Origin: Ignavibacteriota bacterium
GTDB lineage: Bacteria > Bacteroidota > Ignavibacteria > UBA10030 > UBA6906
Length of the DNA: 64,000 nt
Direction: 5' to 3'
NCBI GenBank assembly: GCA_963801355.1
Contig: CAWDEM010000004.1
Location: forward strand, 608,001-672,000
Part shown: positions 47,843-58,175 of the stretch, one piece after another
Layout: each line of letters begins with the position of its first letter
Numbering within the stretch: position 1 is the first letter of the stretch
The notes under the pieces: generated by a model
The model's database searches: none
Seen by the model: the letters and a program-made list of their open reading frames with translations, nothing else
What the model was told of the DNA's origin: nothing
Made by a program: the position numbers and the translations under genes

Positions 47843-48892
47843 CTACCGCTGGGCGAGAGACTGCTTCAGGTAGTCAATCACCGCCACCGGCGTCGGGTCT
47901 TCACCGTGGAGCACGGCCAGGTAGAAGCTCAACCAATCGCCCAGTTGTACCAGCGAGAAGATACGTGCGAGCGGGCTCATTCCCTCACTCCACACTTCCT
48001 CGACGTGTTCGGTATAGCGGCTGATGATTTCGCGCGTCAAATCCATGCGCATCTGCACTCTCTGGTGGTCACCCTTATCGCGCAGGAAGATGACCACCAT
48101 CTCACGCATCTGGTTTTCCAGGACCTTCCACCCCACAAGCTCGTTATGATTCATCTCGGGGAGTACGTGGCCGAATGCCAGCGATTTGGCATTCTCGGCA
48201 ATCTGGCCACGCCAGCGGGTGTTGACCGCATCGAAACGCTCGGTGGAGGAATAACAGATGGCGATACGGTGATGCAGTTTCTGTGCGAGGGCGAGCGCCG
48301 GATTTGACGCGGATTCCAGGCCCGCGAAGCGCTTGGCGTTCTCATCCAGCAGGGCGAGGGTTTCTGCGATTTCCTTCTGCCGGTTCTTGATAAATCCGGC
48401 TTTCGTGAGGGCGATCAGGAGCGGAAAGAAGGAGTAAGCGAGGGCGGCCCGCGGAGGGAGCCCGCCGGGAACTTTGATGAACGGCGAATGGGCCCGTCGC
48501 GCGAGCTGCTCGGTGGTCCCGTCGGACGACACGCACAGCAGGCGGGCTTTCCTCCGCAGCGCCTCGCGGTGGGCGGTTGTCGTTTCCTCCGTTTTTCCGG
48601 AATAGCTGGAGATCACGACCAGCGAGTCCGGGCCGACGAATTTCGGCAGGAGGTAATAGCGGTTCACGATGAAGGGGATCTTCAGCTCACCGGCAAGATA
48701 ACTGCGGAGCAGGTCCCCGCCGATGGCGGAGCCTCCGAGTCCGCACATCACGATATTCCGGATGCCGGCGGACTTCAATCGCACGTCGGCGTTTCCGCCG
48801 ATCGCGAGCGCATCGCGGACCTGGTTGGGGAACTCGCGCAGGAGAGTCAACATGCCGGCGTGGTCGATTTTGTCAATATCGTCAGAAGTCAT
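47843..48892 (-). CDS. Bifunctional phosphoglucose/phosphomannose isomerase
   Basis: GLGGSAIGG, SSYSGKTEE, ENAK and PEMNHNE motifs. Confidence 0.92.
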   Translation of the reverse strand: MTSDDIDKIDHAGMLTLLREFPNQVRDALAIGGNADVRLKSAGIRNIVMCGLGGSAIGGDLLRSYLAGELKIPFIVNRYYLLPKFVGPDSLVVISSYSGKTEETTTAHREALRRKARLLCVSSDGTTEQLARRAHSPFIKVPGGLPPRAALAYSFFPLLIALTKAGFIKNRQKEIAETLALLDENAKRFAGLESASNPALALAQKLHHRIAICYSSTERFDAVNTRWRGQIAENAKSLAFGHVLPEMNHNELVGWKVLENQMREMVVIFLRDKGDHQRVQMRMDLTREIISRYTEHVEEVWSEGMSPLARIFSLVQLGDWLSFYLAVLHGEDPTPVAVIDYLKQSLAQR

Positions 48893-48921
48893 GGGTGGAT
48901 TCCCGGTGCGTGCTGGAATGG

Positions 48922-50685
48922 TCAGAGTTCGTAGGGGATTTCCGGCACTTTGTTTTTGATGATGGAAGAGAGGAACGCCCGGATTTCGGCTTCGGTGTGA
49001 AGCGCGCAGACCTTGTCGGCAACCCGCTTGGCGTCTTTGAATTTGATGGAACGGATGATTTTTTTGATTTCCGGGAGAACCGGCGGGATGACGCTCAGCT
49101 CATCGACACCGATGCCCACCAGAAGCACCGTGGCCAGGGGGTCTCCCGCCATCTCACCGCAGACGCCCACCCAGTTATTTTTCCGATGTGCGGCATCGAC
49201 GATGTTGCGGAGTGTGCGCACCACGGCCGGGTGGAACGGCTGGAAGAGGGAGGCGACGGCATCATTTCCCCGATCCACCGCCATCACATATTGCGTCAGG
49301 TCGTTGGTGCCGATGCTCAGAAAATGCGTCTCGGCGGCAAGCTGTTCCGCCATCATGGCGGCAGCGGGGACCTCGATCATGGCGCCGACTTTGATCCGCG
49401 TGTCATATTTCACCCCGCGCGTCTTCAGCTCCTCCATGGCCTGCTTGAGGAAGCTCTTGGCCTTCAGCACTTCACCAAGTGTGGAGATCATCGGAAACAT
49501 GATGCGGACGTTCCGATGCGCGCTGGCCCGGAGGATCGCGCGGAGCTGATCCAGGAATATATCCGGCCGGTCGAGCATCACACGTATGCCGCGCCAGCCA
49601 AGGAACGGGTTTTCTTCATGCAGGCCATCCGGGGCAAGCTTGTCCCCTCCCACATCGAACGTGCGGAAAATGACGGGATGCGGAAACGATGCCTCCGCAA
49701 CCTTGGCATACAGGGCGGCCTGCTCGTCTTCGCCGGGGTAGTCGGCCCGGCCGACCAGCTGCATCTCTGTGCGGAAAAGCCCGACGCCTTCCGATCCCTG
49801 CATGCGGGCGAAGTCGATCTCCTCTGCAAATTCGATGTTCGATGAAAGCTCGATGTGTTTCTTGTCCAGCGTGTCTGCCGGCAGGGCGGCGATGCCGGCG
49901 AGTTGCTGCTCGAAGGCGAAGAACCGATCCGCCCGGGCCTGAAGGATCCGCAGCGTCTCCGCCGTGGGGTTGATGATCAGCAGGCCGGCATAGCCGTCAA
50001 TGGCAAGGAGGTCTCCGGTCTTGATCTGTTTTGTCGCGGTGTGCAGGCCTACGACTGCCGGTATTTTCAGAGAGCGGGACAGCAGGGCTGCGTGCGATGT
50101 GACGCCCCCGAGGTCTGTCGCATACCCCAGTGTTTGGTTGCGGCTGAAGATCACCGTGTCGGCCGGCGCCAGTGTCTCGGACACGATGATGGAGGCACCC
50201 TCAAGTCGGGAATAGAGCTTCTGATCCCGGATGTTCCGGATGATCCTGTTCATGACGTCGTCCACATCACGCGCGCGTTCGTGCATGTACTCGTCGGGCG
50301 ACGCCATCATCATCTGCCGGTACTTGTTGATTTCCGTGCTGACGACGTACTCGGCGTTCATCAACTCGTCAGCGATGCGTTTCTTGATCGTGCCCATCAG
50401 GATCGCATCCGAGAGGATCATGACCTGGGCTTCGAAGATCGTTGCGCTTTCGGAGCCGAGTTTCTGCTCGGCAAACGCGAGAATTTTACGCAACTCCTTT
50501 TCCGAACGCGCATTTGCCGCGGTCAGCCGCTCGACCTCCGCTTCCACGTCCTCGGGCGCGATGTGTTTGGGTTCGACGTGCGGCGCCTGTTTGGTGAACA
50601 GGTACGCCGGCCCGGTGGCGATGCCGGGTGCTGCGGCGATCCCTTTGATGATAATCTCGTCCGGCGTGAGGGTTGTGTCGTTCAT
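48922..50685 (-). CDS. ptsI: PTS enzyme I
   Basis: GGVTSHAA phospho-His motif, GLFRTE, NPFLGWRG, SIGTNDL and CGEMAG. Confidence 0.95.
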   Translation of the reverse strand: MNDTTLTPDEIIIKGIAAAPGIATGPAYLFTKQAPHVEPKHIAPEDVEAEVERLTAANARSEKELRKILAFAEQKLGSESATIFEAQVMILSDAILMGTIKKRIADELMNAEYVVSTEINKYRQMMMASPDEYMHERARDVDDVMNRIIRNIRDQKLYSRLEGASIIVSETLAPADTVIFSRNQTLGYATDLGGVTSHAALLSRSLKIPAVVGLHTATKQIKTGDLLAIDGYAGLLIINPTAETLRILQARADRFFAFEQQLAGIAALPADTLDKKHIELSSNIEFAEEIDFARMQGSEGVGLFRTEMQLVGRADYPGEDEQAALYAKVAEASFPHPVIFRTFDVGGDKLAPDGLHEENPFLGWRGIRVMLDRPDIFLDQLRAILRASAHRNVRIMFPMISTLGEVLKAKSFLKQAMEELKTRGVKYDTRIKVGAMIEVPAAAMMAEQLAAETHFLSIGTNDLTQYVMAVDRGNDAVASLFQPFHPAVVRTLRNIVDAAHRKNNWVGVCGEMAGDPLATVLLVGIGVDELSVIPPVLPEIKKIIRSIKFKDAKRVADKVCALHTEAEIRAFLSSIIKNKVPEIPYEL

Positions 50686-50686
50686 G

Positions 50687-50953
50687 TCATTCTTCGTCGA
50701 AGCCGCGCTCGATGAGATCCACCACCGCCGCGGCGGCGTATTCTTCGTCGGGTCCGTCAAACCTCAATAAGAGGCTGGATCCCTTTTCGGCGGCGAGGGT
50801 CATGACGCCGATGATACTCTTTCCGTTAATCTCGAAGGCATCTTTCTTGATGGTGAATTCAGCCTTAAATTTTGCCGCTGTTTTCACCAGAGCTGCCGCC
50901 GGGCGTGTGTGCATCCCCGCTCTATTGCGGATGGTCACGGTACGTTCGATCAT
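50687..50953 (-). CDS. ptsH: Phosphocarrier HPr
   Basis: GMHTRPA (His15) and NGKSIIGV (Ser46). Confidence 0.95.
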   Translation of the reverse strand: MIERTVTIRNRAGMHTRPAAALVKTAAKFKAEFTIKKDAFEINGKSIIGVMTLAAEKGSSLLLRFDGPDEEYAAAAVVDLIERGFDEE

Positions 50954-50956
50954 GGC

Positions 50957-51967
50957 TCAGGATGCACGGTCAAGCAGAGAGAGTGAAAGCCAGTGAAGCA
51001 TTGCACGTGCCGGCGAAGCCGGGACGGCGGCGAGCGAACGGTGCGCGCGCAGCGTATACAGCTCCACCTTGTGACGGGTCGCGTCGATGACGCCGCAGGA
51101 CTCGTAGATGGTGCGGACCTTGCGTACCATCGAGCGCCGGTCCGCCGCTGACAGGAGTTGTGGTATCCCGGTTTTGCGCCGTGCGATCCGCTCCAGCAGC
51201 CTGCGATCACTCCCCCGCGCCCGTTCGAGCGCGGTCAACAACAGAAATGTGCGTTTACCTTCGATAATGTCTCCGCCGATCGCCTTCCCGAAATGATGTT
51301 CGTCGCCGACAACGTCCAGCAGATCATCCTGCAGCTGGAAGGCCCTCCCCAGGTGGTCTCCGAATGCCCTCAACGCGCGAAGGGTCCCGGGCGATGCGCC
51401 GCCAATCAGCGCTCCCAGCTCGGTGGAGGTGGTGATCAGTCGGCCGGTCTTCCGCGCGATCATATCAAAGTATTCCTGCACGCTGACATCGTCGCGCTTC
51501 TCAAACGACAGGTCCAGAGCCTGACCTTCGCAGACATCGTACACGCCGCGGGTGAAGAGACGGATGAGCCTGCCCAGGTCGTCGTGCCGGGTTTTCAAGA
51601 GTTGACTGTACGCGACGGCGAGGAGGGTATCGCCCGCCAGGAGCGCCGTGTTCAGGTCCCATTTCACGTGGACGGTGGGCACTCCGCGCCGGGAGGGCGC
51701 ATGATCCATGACGTCGTCATGGACAAGAGTGAAATTGTGCATGATCTCCACCGCCGCCGCAGCCGGCAGAGCTTGGCGTGCCGTGCCTCCTGCCGCTTCG
51801 CTGGAAAGCATCACCAGCACCGCACGCAGGCGTTTTCCCCCCGTAGTGAGAACGTAGTTGCAGGCATCGCGGAGCGTGCCGGGCGTGCGGAGCTGCAGCA
51901 GCGTTGCCAGGTAAGCGTCTACCAGGAGGCGGAGTTTGTCGTAGCGCCGTGCAAAGTGCCGGTTCAT
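50957..51967 (-). CDS. Short-chain polyprenyl (probably GGPP) synthase
   Basis: GGKRLR, HNFTLVHDDVMD, EGQALD, KT and FQLQDDLLD motifs. Confidence 0.92.
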   Translation of the reverse strand: MNRHFARRYDKLRLLVDAYLATLLQLRTPGTLRDACNYVLTTGGKRLRAVLVMLSSEAAGGTARQALPAAAAVEIMHNFTLVHDDVMDHAPSRRGVPTVHVKWDLNTALLAGDTLLAVAYSQLLKTRHDDLGRLIRLFTRGVYDVCEGQALDLSFEKRDDVSVQEYFDMIARKTGRLITTSTELGALIGGASPGTLRALRAFGDHLGRAFQLQDDLLDVVGDEHHFGKAIGGDIIEGKRTFLLLTALERARGSDRRLLERIARRKTGIPQLLSAADRRSMVRKVRTIYESCGVIDATRHKVELYTLRAHRSLAAVPASPARAMLHWLSLSLLDRAS

Positions 51968-53019
51968 GGTCGTTGTGTCCGTCGGAGAGGAACGCTCTGG
52001 AGATCGGTCAGCGTCCGCGCGCCGGTGAGAAACATCGCACTTTTCAGTTCGAACACCCATGCGTCGAGAAATCGGCGTGCCCCCGTGGCGCCGTCGCGTG
52101 TAAGCGCCTGCAACACCGGCCGCGCTGATGCCACGAGATCAGCACCCAGCGCGAAGCACTTTGCTGCGTCAAGTCCTGCCCCAATCCCCCCCGAAGCAGT
52201 AATGTGCAGCGAAGGGTTTGTGTGCTTCAGGGTAGCCACTTCCCGTACAGCGTCAGCCGTGGGGATCCCCCAGTCCCAGAATCTCACCGCGGCTCTGTGG
52301 CCCCGGCGGCGCAGAATTTCCACTCCGGCCCAGCTTGTGCCTCCTGCACCCGCCACGTCGATGTAGTGCACACCGGCGTCAAGCAAGCGCCGTGCGACGT
52401 CGGTGGAGATGCCGGCCCCGATTTCCTTGACGATGATCGGGACCGGGAGTTCACGCACCAGCATTGCGATTCCCTTCAGCACTCCGCGAAACGCCGGGGT
52501 ACCCTCGGGCTGGAGGAGTTCCTGCACAGGATTGAGATGCACGGCCAGCGCGTCGGCACGAACGAGCGCGACAAGGGACAACGCCGGAGCCGGTCCTTTC
52601 ATCATGGCGACTTCAGCGGCTCCAATGTTCCCAACGACGGGAATTTCGGGTGCCACCTCCCGGACGACAGAGAACGAGCGGTGGAATCTCGTATCCTCCA
52701 GGGTCTGCCGCTGGCTGCCGACGCCCATGGCAATGCCCCTGGCCGCGCACAGTTCGGCCAGGCTGCGATTGATACGCAGCGCTTCGGCGTATCCGCCGGT
52801 CATGCAGGAAACCATGAAGGGCAGATCCAGGCGCCGCCCCAGAAACGTTGTCGATGGGTCAATCTCGGAAAAGTTCAGCTCCGGAAGTGCGTTGTGGACG
52901 AACTCCCATGCCTCAAGTCCATTCGTTTTCGCGCGGAATGCCACATCCTGTGTGAGGACGGTGTGGACGTGCTGCTGCTTGCGGCTGCTTGTGCCGCGTT
53001 GAGGAGAATTCCGGGGCAT
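51964..53019 (-). CDS. fni: Type 2 isopentenyl-diphosphate isomerase
   Basis: RKQQH, MTGG, GVGSQR, HLNPVQE, KEIG and GAGGTSW motifs. Confidence 0.95.
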   Translation of the reverse strand: MPRNSPQRGTSSRKQQHVHTVLTQDVAFRAKTNGLEAWEFVHNALPELNFSEIDPSTTFLGRRLDLPFMVSCMTGGYAEALRINRSLAELCAARGIAMGVGSQRQTLEDTRFHRSFSVVREVAPEIPVVGNIGAAEVAMMKGPAPALSLVALVRADALAVHLNPVQELLQPEGTPAFRGVLKGIAMLVRELPVPIIVKEIGAGISTDVARRLLDAGVHYIDVAGAGGTSWAGVEILRRRGHRAAVRFWDWGIPTADAVREVATLKHTNPSLHITASGGIGAGLDAAKCFALGADLVASARPVLQALTRDGATGARRFLDAWVFELKSAMFLTGARTLTDLQSVPLRRTQRP

Positions 53020-53186
53020 GCAACACTGGCGTGAGTGAGACAACACATGTTGCAGGGATGATAAGGATTTCATCCTCCAGAATCAACGCATGCGCATGTG
53101 CCGGCCGTCACAGAACCCTTGTGATTCCTTGCTTCTCGTGCTGGAGTTGCGTACAATGTAACGATTTTGTTAACCTGGACCCTAAC

Positions 53187-54164
53187 ATGCATGCAATAAT
53201 ACCGGTTGCGGGAATCGGGACGCGTCTCCGTCCGCACACCTTTACCCAGCCCAAAGTGCTGCTGAATGTTGCCGGCAAGCCCATTCTCGGCCACATCATT
53301 GACAAAGTCATTGCCGAAGGCGTCACTTCGGCGACGATTGTCGTCGGCCACATGAGCGACATGATCAAGGACTTTGTCCGCTCTGCATATGCCGGCTTCC
53401 CCGTGGATTTTACGGAACAGGACATGCCGCTGGGTCTCGGACACGCAATTTACGCCGCAAGAAAAGCCTTGGACAAGGACCCGGTGCTGATAATTCTGGG
53501 AGACACGATTTTTGACGTGGATCTGCGTCCGGTCCTCCGGCGTCCGGTCAGCGCGATCGGCGTGAAAGCGGTGGATGATCCCCGGCGTTTCGGCGTTGCC
53601 GAGACGAACGACGGTGTCATCACCCGATTGGTGGAAAAACCGGACCATCCCGCGACGAACCTAGCGGTTGTCGGGCTCTATTATATTGCCCACACCCCGT
53701 TGCTGCGTGAATGCCTGGATGACGTCGTTACCCGCGACATCCGCACCAAGGGGGAGTACCAGTTGACGGACGTGCTTCAGCTGATGATAGATCGCGGCGA
53801 GCGCATGGAGACATTTCACGTCGAGGGGTGGTATGATTGCGGCAAACCCGAGACCCTGCTCTCCACCAACCGCGCATTGCTCCAGAAGCAGTCGACGTAC
53901 CGTCCGATCCCGGGTGTCGTCATCACCGAGCCGGTGTACATTTCGCCCACCGCGACGCTTCGTGATTGCGTTGTCGGCCCGAATACGACGGTGGGTGACG
54001 GTGCAGAACTCAGCGAGGCGGTTGTGCGCAATACGATTATCGGCTCGCAAGCCCGCGTCAGCCGTGTTCTCCTCGAAAACTCCATCATCGGCAACGCGGC
54101 AGTCGTCCAGGGAAGCTACAAGCGCTTCAACGTGGGAGATTCCTCAGAACTTGAATTTCAGTAA
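53187..54164 (+). CDS. Sugar-phosphate nucleotidyltransferase with C-terminal left-handed beta-helix
   Basis: AGIGTRLRPHT..PK, VEKP, EYQLTD and hexapeptide tail. Confidence 0.9.
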   Translation: MHAIIPVAGIGTRLRPHTFTQPKVLLNVAGKPILGHIIDKVIAEGVTSATIVVGHMSDMIKDFVRSAYAGFPVDFTEQDMPLGLGHAIYAARKALDKDPVLIILGDTIFDVDLRPVLRRPVSAIGVKAVDDPRRFGVAETNDGVITRLVEKPDHPATNLAVVGLYYIAHTPLLRECLDDVVTRDIRTKGEYQLTDVLQLMIDRGERMETFHVEGWYDCGKPETLLSTNRALLQKQSTYRPIPGVVITEPVYISPTATLRDCVVGPNTTVGDGAELSEAVVRNTIIGSQARVSRVLLENSIIGNAAVVQGSYKRFNVGDSSELEFQ

Positions 54165-54189
54165 CATCTATTAACAATTGAGGCAGACC

Positions 54190-55332
54190 ATGTCGTATCT
54201 TTTCACATCCGAGTCCGTGTCCGAAGGACATCCTGACAAAGTGTGCGATCAGATCTCCGATGCCGTTCTGGACGCCCTTCTTGCGCAGGACAAGCATTCG
54301 CGGGTTGCGTGCGAGTGCTTTGTGACCACCGGCCTCGCTCTCGTTGGCGGAGAAATCACGACCAACGGTTACATCGAGGTTCAGGACATCGTCCGCAGCG
54401 TGATCAGGGACATCGGCTACACGAAGGCGGAGTACCGGTTCGATGCCGAAAGCTGCTCCGTGATCTCATCGATTCACTCCCAGTCGGCCGATATCGCCCG
54501 CGGGGTTGATACGGGCGGGGCGGGAGATCAGGGGATGATGTTCGGCTACGCATCCAACGAGACCCCCGAGTACATGCCGATGCCCATCATGTTTGCCCAC
54601 AAACTCGTGAAGCGGCTCTCCGAGATACGGAAGAAAGAGCTGAAGTTGATGCCCTATCTCCGGCCGGACGCGAAATCCCAGGTGACGATCGAGTATCACG
54701 GCCGCAAACCTGTCCGGGTGCACACGGTGGTGATTTCCACGCAGCATGACCCCGGTGTTTCCCAGAAGAAGATACGGGAAGACGTCATCCGCCACGTCGT
54801 CAGACACGTCATTCCAGCGGAGATGCTGGACAAGAGTACGGTGTTTCACGTCAACCCCACGGGGCGGTTCGAAATCGGCGGTCCGCACGGTGACACCGGC
54901 CTCACCGGACGCAAAATCATTGTTGACACGTACGGCGGGCGTGCGCCCCACGGCGGCGGTGCATTCTCCGGTAAAGACCCGTCCAAAGTTGACCGCAGCG
55001 CGGCATATGCAACGCGCCATTTGGCGAAAAATCTTGTCGCGTCAGGACTGGCCGATGAGTGCCTGATCCAGGTCTCCTATGCCATCGGCGTTGCAGAGCC
55101 GGTGTCCGTCCACGTGAACACCTACGGGACGGGACGGATTCCCGACATGGAATTGGAGAAGGTGGTACTGAACGAAATCGACATGACCCCGCGGGGGATC
55201 ATCAAGCGTCTGAATCTCCTGCGCCCGATTTATCGCAAGACCGCTGCATACGGTCACTTCGGGCGAAATGACAAGGACTTCAGCTGGGAGAAGCTGGACC
55301 TTGTCGATGTCATCCTGAAGGCGATCAAGTAA
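54190..55332 (+). CDS. metK: S-adenosylmethionine synthetase
   Basis: [16 protein letters not shown] and GGGAFSGKD motifs. Confidence 0.97.
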   Translation: MSYLFTSESVSEGHPDKVCDQISDAVLDALLAQDKHSRVACECFVTTGLALVGGEITTNGYIEVQDIVRSVIRDIGYTKAEYRFDAESCSVISSIHSQSADIARGVDTGGAGDQGMMFGYASNETPEYMPMPIMFAHKLVKRLSEIRKKELKLMPYLRPDAKSQVTIEYHGRKPVRVHTVVISTQHDPGVSQKKIREDVIRHVVRHVIPAEMLDKSTVFHVNPTGRFEIGGPHGDTGLTGRKIIVDTYGGRAPHGGGAFSGKDPSKVDRSAAYATRHLAKNLVASGLADECLIQVSYAIGVAEPVSVHVNTYGTGRIPDMELEKVVLNEIDMTPRGIIKRLNLLRPIYRKTAAYGHFGRNDKDFSWEKLDLVDVILKAIK

Positions 55333-55370
55333 TTCACACACATGAACTCTCACAACAGCAGATACTACAC

Positions 55371-56651
55371 ATGGACCAGAAAGCCGGCACGTATAAAGTT
55401 CGCGACCTGAAGCTTGCGAAGGACGGATCGAAGCTCGTCGAGTGGGCCGAATCCCGCATGCCTGTCCTGATGGCACTTCGCGAGAAGTACAGCAGGACCA
55501 AGCCGTTCAAGGGATACAAGATCGCAGGATGTCTGCACGTCACAAAGGAAACCGCAGTTCTGGTGAAAACCTTTGAGGCTGCGGGAGCGGAAGTGAGCTG
55601 GAGTGGATGCAACCCGCTTTCGACCAATGATGCGGTGGCCGCAACTCTGGCCGCCGGGGGTATTTCGATTTTCGCCTGGCACGGCATGAACGTGAAGGAG
55701 TTCTACTGGTGCATCGAGGAGACACTGAAATTCCACCCGAACCTGACACTTGACGACGGGGCAGATCTCATTTTTACGATTCACAAAAACCATCCCGAGT
55801 TTGCCAAGCGGTACGTCATCGGTGGAACGGAGGAGACGACAACAGGTGTTCACCGCCTCCGCGCGATGGCAGCCGACGGTGCGTTGCGGTATCCTGTGAT
55901 TGCCGTCAACGATGCCGAAACCAAATGGGATTTCGACAATGTCTACGGAACCGGCCAGTCTACTCTGGATGGCATCTTGCGGGCAACCAGCGTCCTGTTC
56001 GCCGGCAAGAATTTCGTGGTGGCCGGGTTCGGCCACTGCGGTCGCGGCGTCGCGAATCGGGCGAAAGGCCTCGGTGCCAACGTCATCGTCACGGAGGTCA
56101 AACCCACCGCCGCGTTGAAGGCGACCCTGGAAGGGTTCCGCGTGATGAAGATGGATGAGGCTGCGACCGTCGGCGACATCTTCGTGACCGCCACCGGCGT
56201 GAAGGATGTGATCGTGAAACGTCACTTCCGGTCGATGAAGAACGGTGCTATCGTTTGCAACACCGGGCACTACGATTGCGAGATCAACATTCCGGACCTC
56301 GCCGCGGTGTCAAAGGGGAAACGCGAAATCCGCAGCAACAACGAGGAGTATACGCTGAAGAACGGCCGGAAGATCTACCTGCTGGCGAAGGGACGGCTGG
56401 TGAACCTCGCGGCGGCGGAAGGGCATCCCTCCGAGGTGATGGATATGTCGTTTGCCAACCAGTTTATGTCGCAACTCCGGCTGGTGGAACTGCACAGGAA
56501 GGGAGTGCGCCTCGAGAACGCCGTACACGATATCCCCGTATCCCAGGATCAGGAGATCGCACTCGTCAAACTGGGAACGCAGGGGCACGCGATCGACAAA
56601 CTCACGCCCGCGCAGGTGAAGTACAATGAGGATTACAGCGCCGGCACATAG
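55371..56651 (+). CDS. ahcY: Adenosylhomocysteinase
   Basis: GCNPLST, LDDGAD, EETTTG, FDNVYG and EGHPS motifs. Confidence 0.97.
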   Translation: MDQKAGTYKVRDLKLAKDGSKLVEWAESRMPVLMALREKYSRTKPFKGYKIAGCLHVTKETAVLVKTFEAAGAEVSWSGCNPLSTNDAVAATLAAGGISIFAWHGMNVKEFYWCIEETLKFHPNLTLDDGADLIFTIHKNHPEFAKRYVIGGTEETTTGVHRLRAMAADGALRYPVIAVNDAETKWDFDNVYGTGQSTLDGILRATSVLFAGKNFVVAGFGHCGRGVANRAKGLGANVIVTEVKPTAALKATLEGFRVMKMDEAATVGDIFVTATGVKDVIVKRHFRSMKNGAIVCNTGHYDCEINIPDLAAVSKGKREIRSNNEEYTLKNGRKIYLLAKGRLVNLAAAEGHPSEVMDMSFANQFMSQLRLVELHRKGVRLENAVHDIPVSQDQEIALVKLGTQGHAIDKLTPAQVKYNEDYSAGT

Positions 56652-56676
56652 CGCAGGGCCTCCGGTACATCCACAG

Positions 56677-56708
56677 GGCGGGCTGCAGGTGCGGCCCGCC
56701 TTTTGTTT
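56677..56708 (+). terminator. Intrinsic terminator after ahcY
   Basis: GGCGGGC/GCCCGCC stem followed by TTTTGTTT. Confidence 0.8.
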
Positions 56709-56750
56709 GGAAAACCCCCCTGAAATTGGTATGTTCCCTCTGTCTGACGA

Positions 56751-58175
56751 ATGGCTCTCCCACCGGAAATACTCCAGCAGGTTCTCGATCTCGTCCCGGA
56801 CATGTGTTTTGTGCTGAGATCCGACCTGACCATCATTGACTGCAACCGCAGGGCTCGTGCGGTCACAGGTCTCTCCCCCGCGTCACACGGGACGGTGACA
56901 TTTCCGGCGCTCCTCACATCCGATTCCCCGCGTCCGCCGTTCGATACGCTCGGCGGCATCAATGGATTCAGCGAAACAGAAGTCCGATTCCATCAGGCCG
57001 GCCGCAGGGCGATGGATGTCCTCGTTTCCGTGCGGTGCATCGAAACGAACGACAACCGGCTGTTCTTCGTCTTCGGGCGCGATATTTCGGAATTAAAGCA
57101 GCGGGAACTGGACCTCCTCCGCTTTTCCAACGTGGTGCACTATACCGTCAATCCCATCCAGATAACGGATGCGCAGGGCCGGATGATCTACGTCAACCCG
57201 GCCTTCGAGCGCTCAACCGGTTATAGCAAGGAGGAATTGATCGGACGTAATCCCAGCGTCATCTCCAGCAAGAAGTACACCAAGGAATTCTGGGGCCGCG
57301 TCTGGGACACCATCAGCGCGGGTCAGGTGTGGAACTCCGAGGTGGAAAACCGCCGTAAGGATGGGACCCCGATCTTCGCCCAGCTGCTGATCTCCCCGAT
57401 CATGGACATGGACGGCAAGGTGGTGGGATACCTCGGGTCACACCGTGACATCACCGAACAGAAAGCCCTCGAGCAACAGCTGATGCATTCGCAGAAGATG
57501 GAGAGTATTGGCACGCTTGCCGCGGGCATCGCCCATGAAGTAGGCAATCCCCTGACGTCCATCTCCTCCATCGTGCAGGTGCTCCAGCGCACCATCGATG
57601 ATGAATTTGCGCGGGACAAGCTGGGACTTGTACAGGCGCAGGTGCACCGCATCACCAAGATCATCCGCGACCTGGTCGATTTTTCCCGTCCATCCAACTA
57701 TCAGGTCCAGCCGACGAACGTGGTGAAGGTTCTGACCGATGCCGTGGAAATCGTGAAGATGGGAAAGAAGGCAAAGCAGGTCACGTTTTCGACGAATGTG
57801 CGGCATCAGATCCCGCTGCTTTCTCTTGTCCCCGATCAACTCGCACAGGTGTTCATCAATATTCTGCTGAACGCCGTGGATGCCCTGCAGGGGAAACCGG
57901 GCATCATCGCCACTGATTTTGAGCGGGATGACAACTCCGTCCATGTCACCATCACGGATAACGGCGAGGGGATTCCGGCGGAGAACCTCTCGAAGGTGTT
58001 CGAGCCGTTCTTTACCACGAAACGTGCCGGCGAGGGAACGGGTTTGGGGCTCTGGGTCAGCTACGGCATCATCAGGAGTTTCCGGGGAGACATCACCATC
58101 AGCAGTGAACGGGGGAAGGGGACGTCATTCCGCATCCAGGTCCCGTTGAATCCGAAGGACTATTCGCATGCCTGA
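56751..58175 (+). CDS. Cytoplasmic two-PAS sensor histidine kinase (NtrB-like)
   Basis: PAS/PAC motifs; H-box AHEVGNP, N-box, DNGEG, PFFTTK and GTGLGL. Confidence 0.93.
   Translation: MALPPEILQQVLDLVPDMCFVLRSDLTIIDCNRRARAVTGLSPASHGTVTFPALLTSDSPRPPFDTLGGINGFSETEVRFHQAGRRAMDVLVSVRCIETNDNRLFFVFGRDISELKQRELDLLRFSNVVHYTVNPIQITDAQGRMIYVNPAFERSTGYSKEELIGRNPSVISSKKYTKEFWGRVWDTISAGQVWNSEVENRRKDGTPIFAQLLISPIMDMDGKVVGYLGSHRDITEQKALEQQLMHSQKMESIGTLAAGIAHEVGNPLTSISSIVQVLQRTIDDEFARDKLGLVQAQVHRITKIIRDLVDFSRPSNYQVQPTNVVKVLTDAVEIVKMGKKAKQVTFSTNVRHQIPLLSLVPDQLAQVFINILLNAVDALQGKPGIIATDFERDDNSVHVTITDNGEGIPAENLSKVFEPFFTTKRAGEGTGLGLWVSYGIIRSFRGDITISSERGKGTSFRIQVPLNPKDYSHA

Noticed and set aside
50957-53019. Archaeal-type ether lipid pathway suggested by IDI-2 and an FTLVHDD-type GGPP synthase
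   Set aside because: No GGGP or DGGGP synthase in the window; both genes are common in bacteria.
54165-55370. SAM or SAH riboswitch at metK/ahcY
   Set aside because: Intergenic gaps are only about 25 and 38 nt with no aptamer consensus.
55365-56270. 301-aa antisense ORF over ahcY (also those over add, fabD, ntrC and ptsI)
   Set aside because: Same-register antisense shadows of highly biased housekeeping genes.
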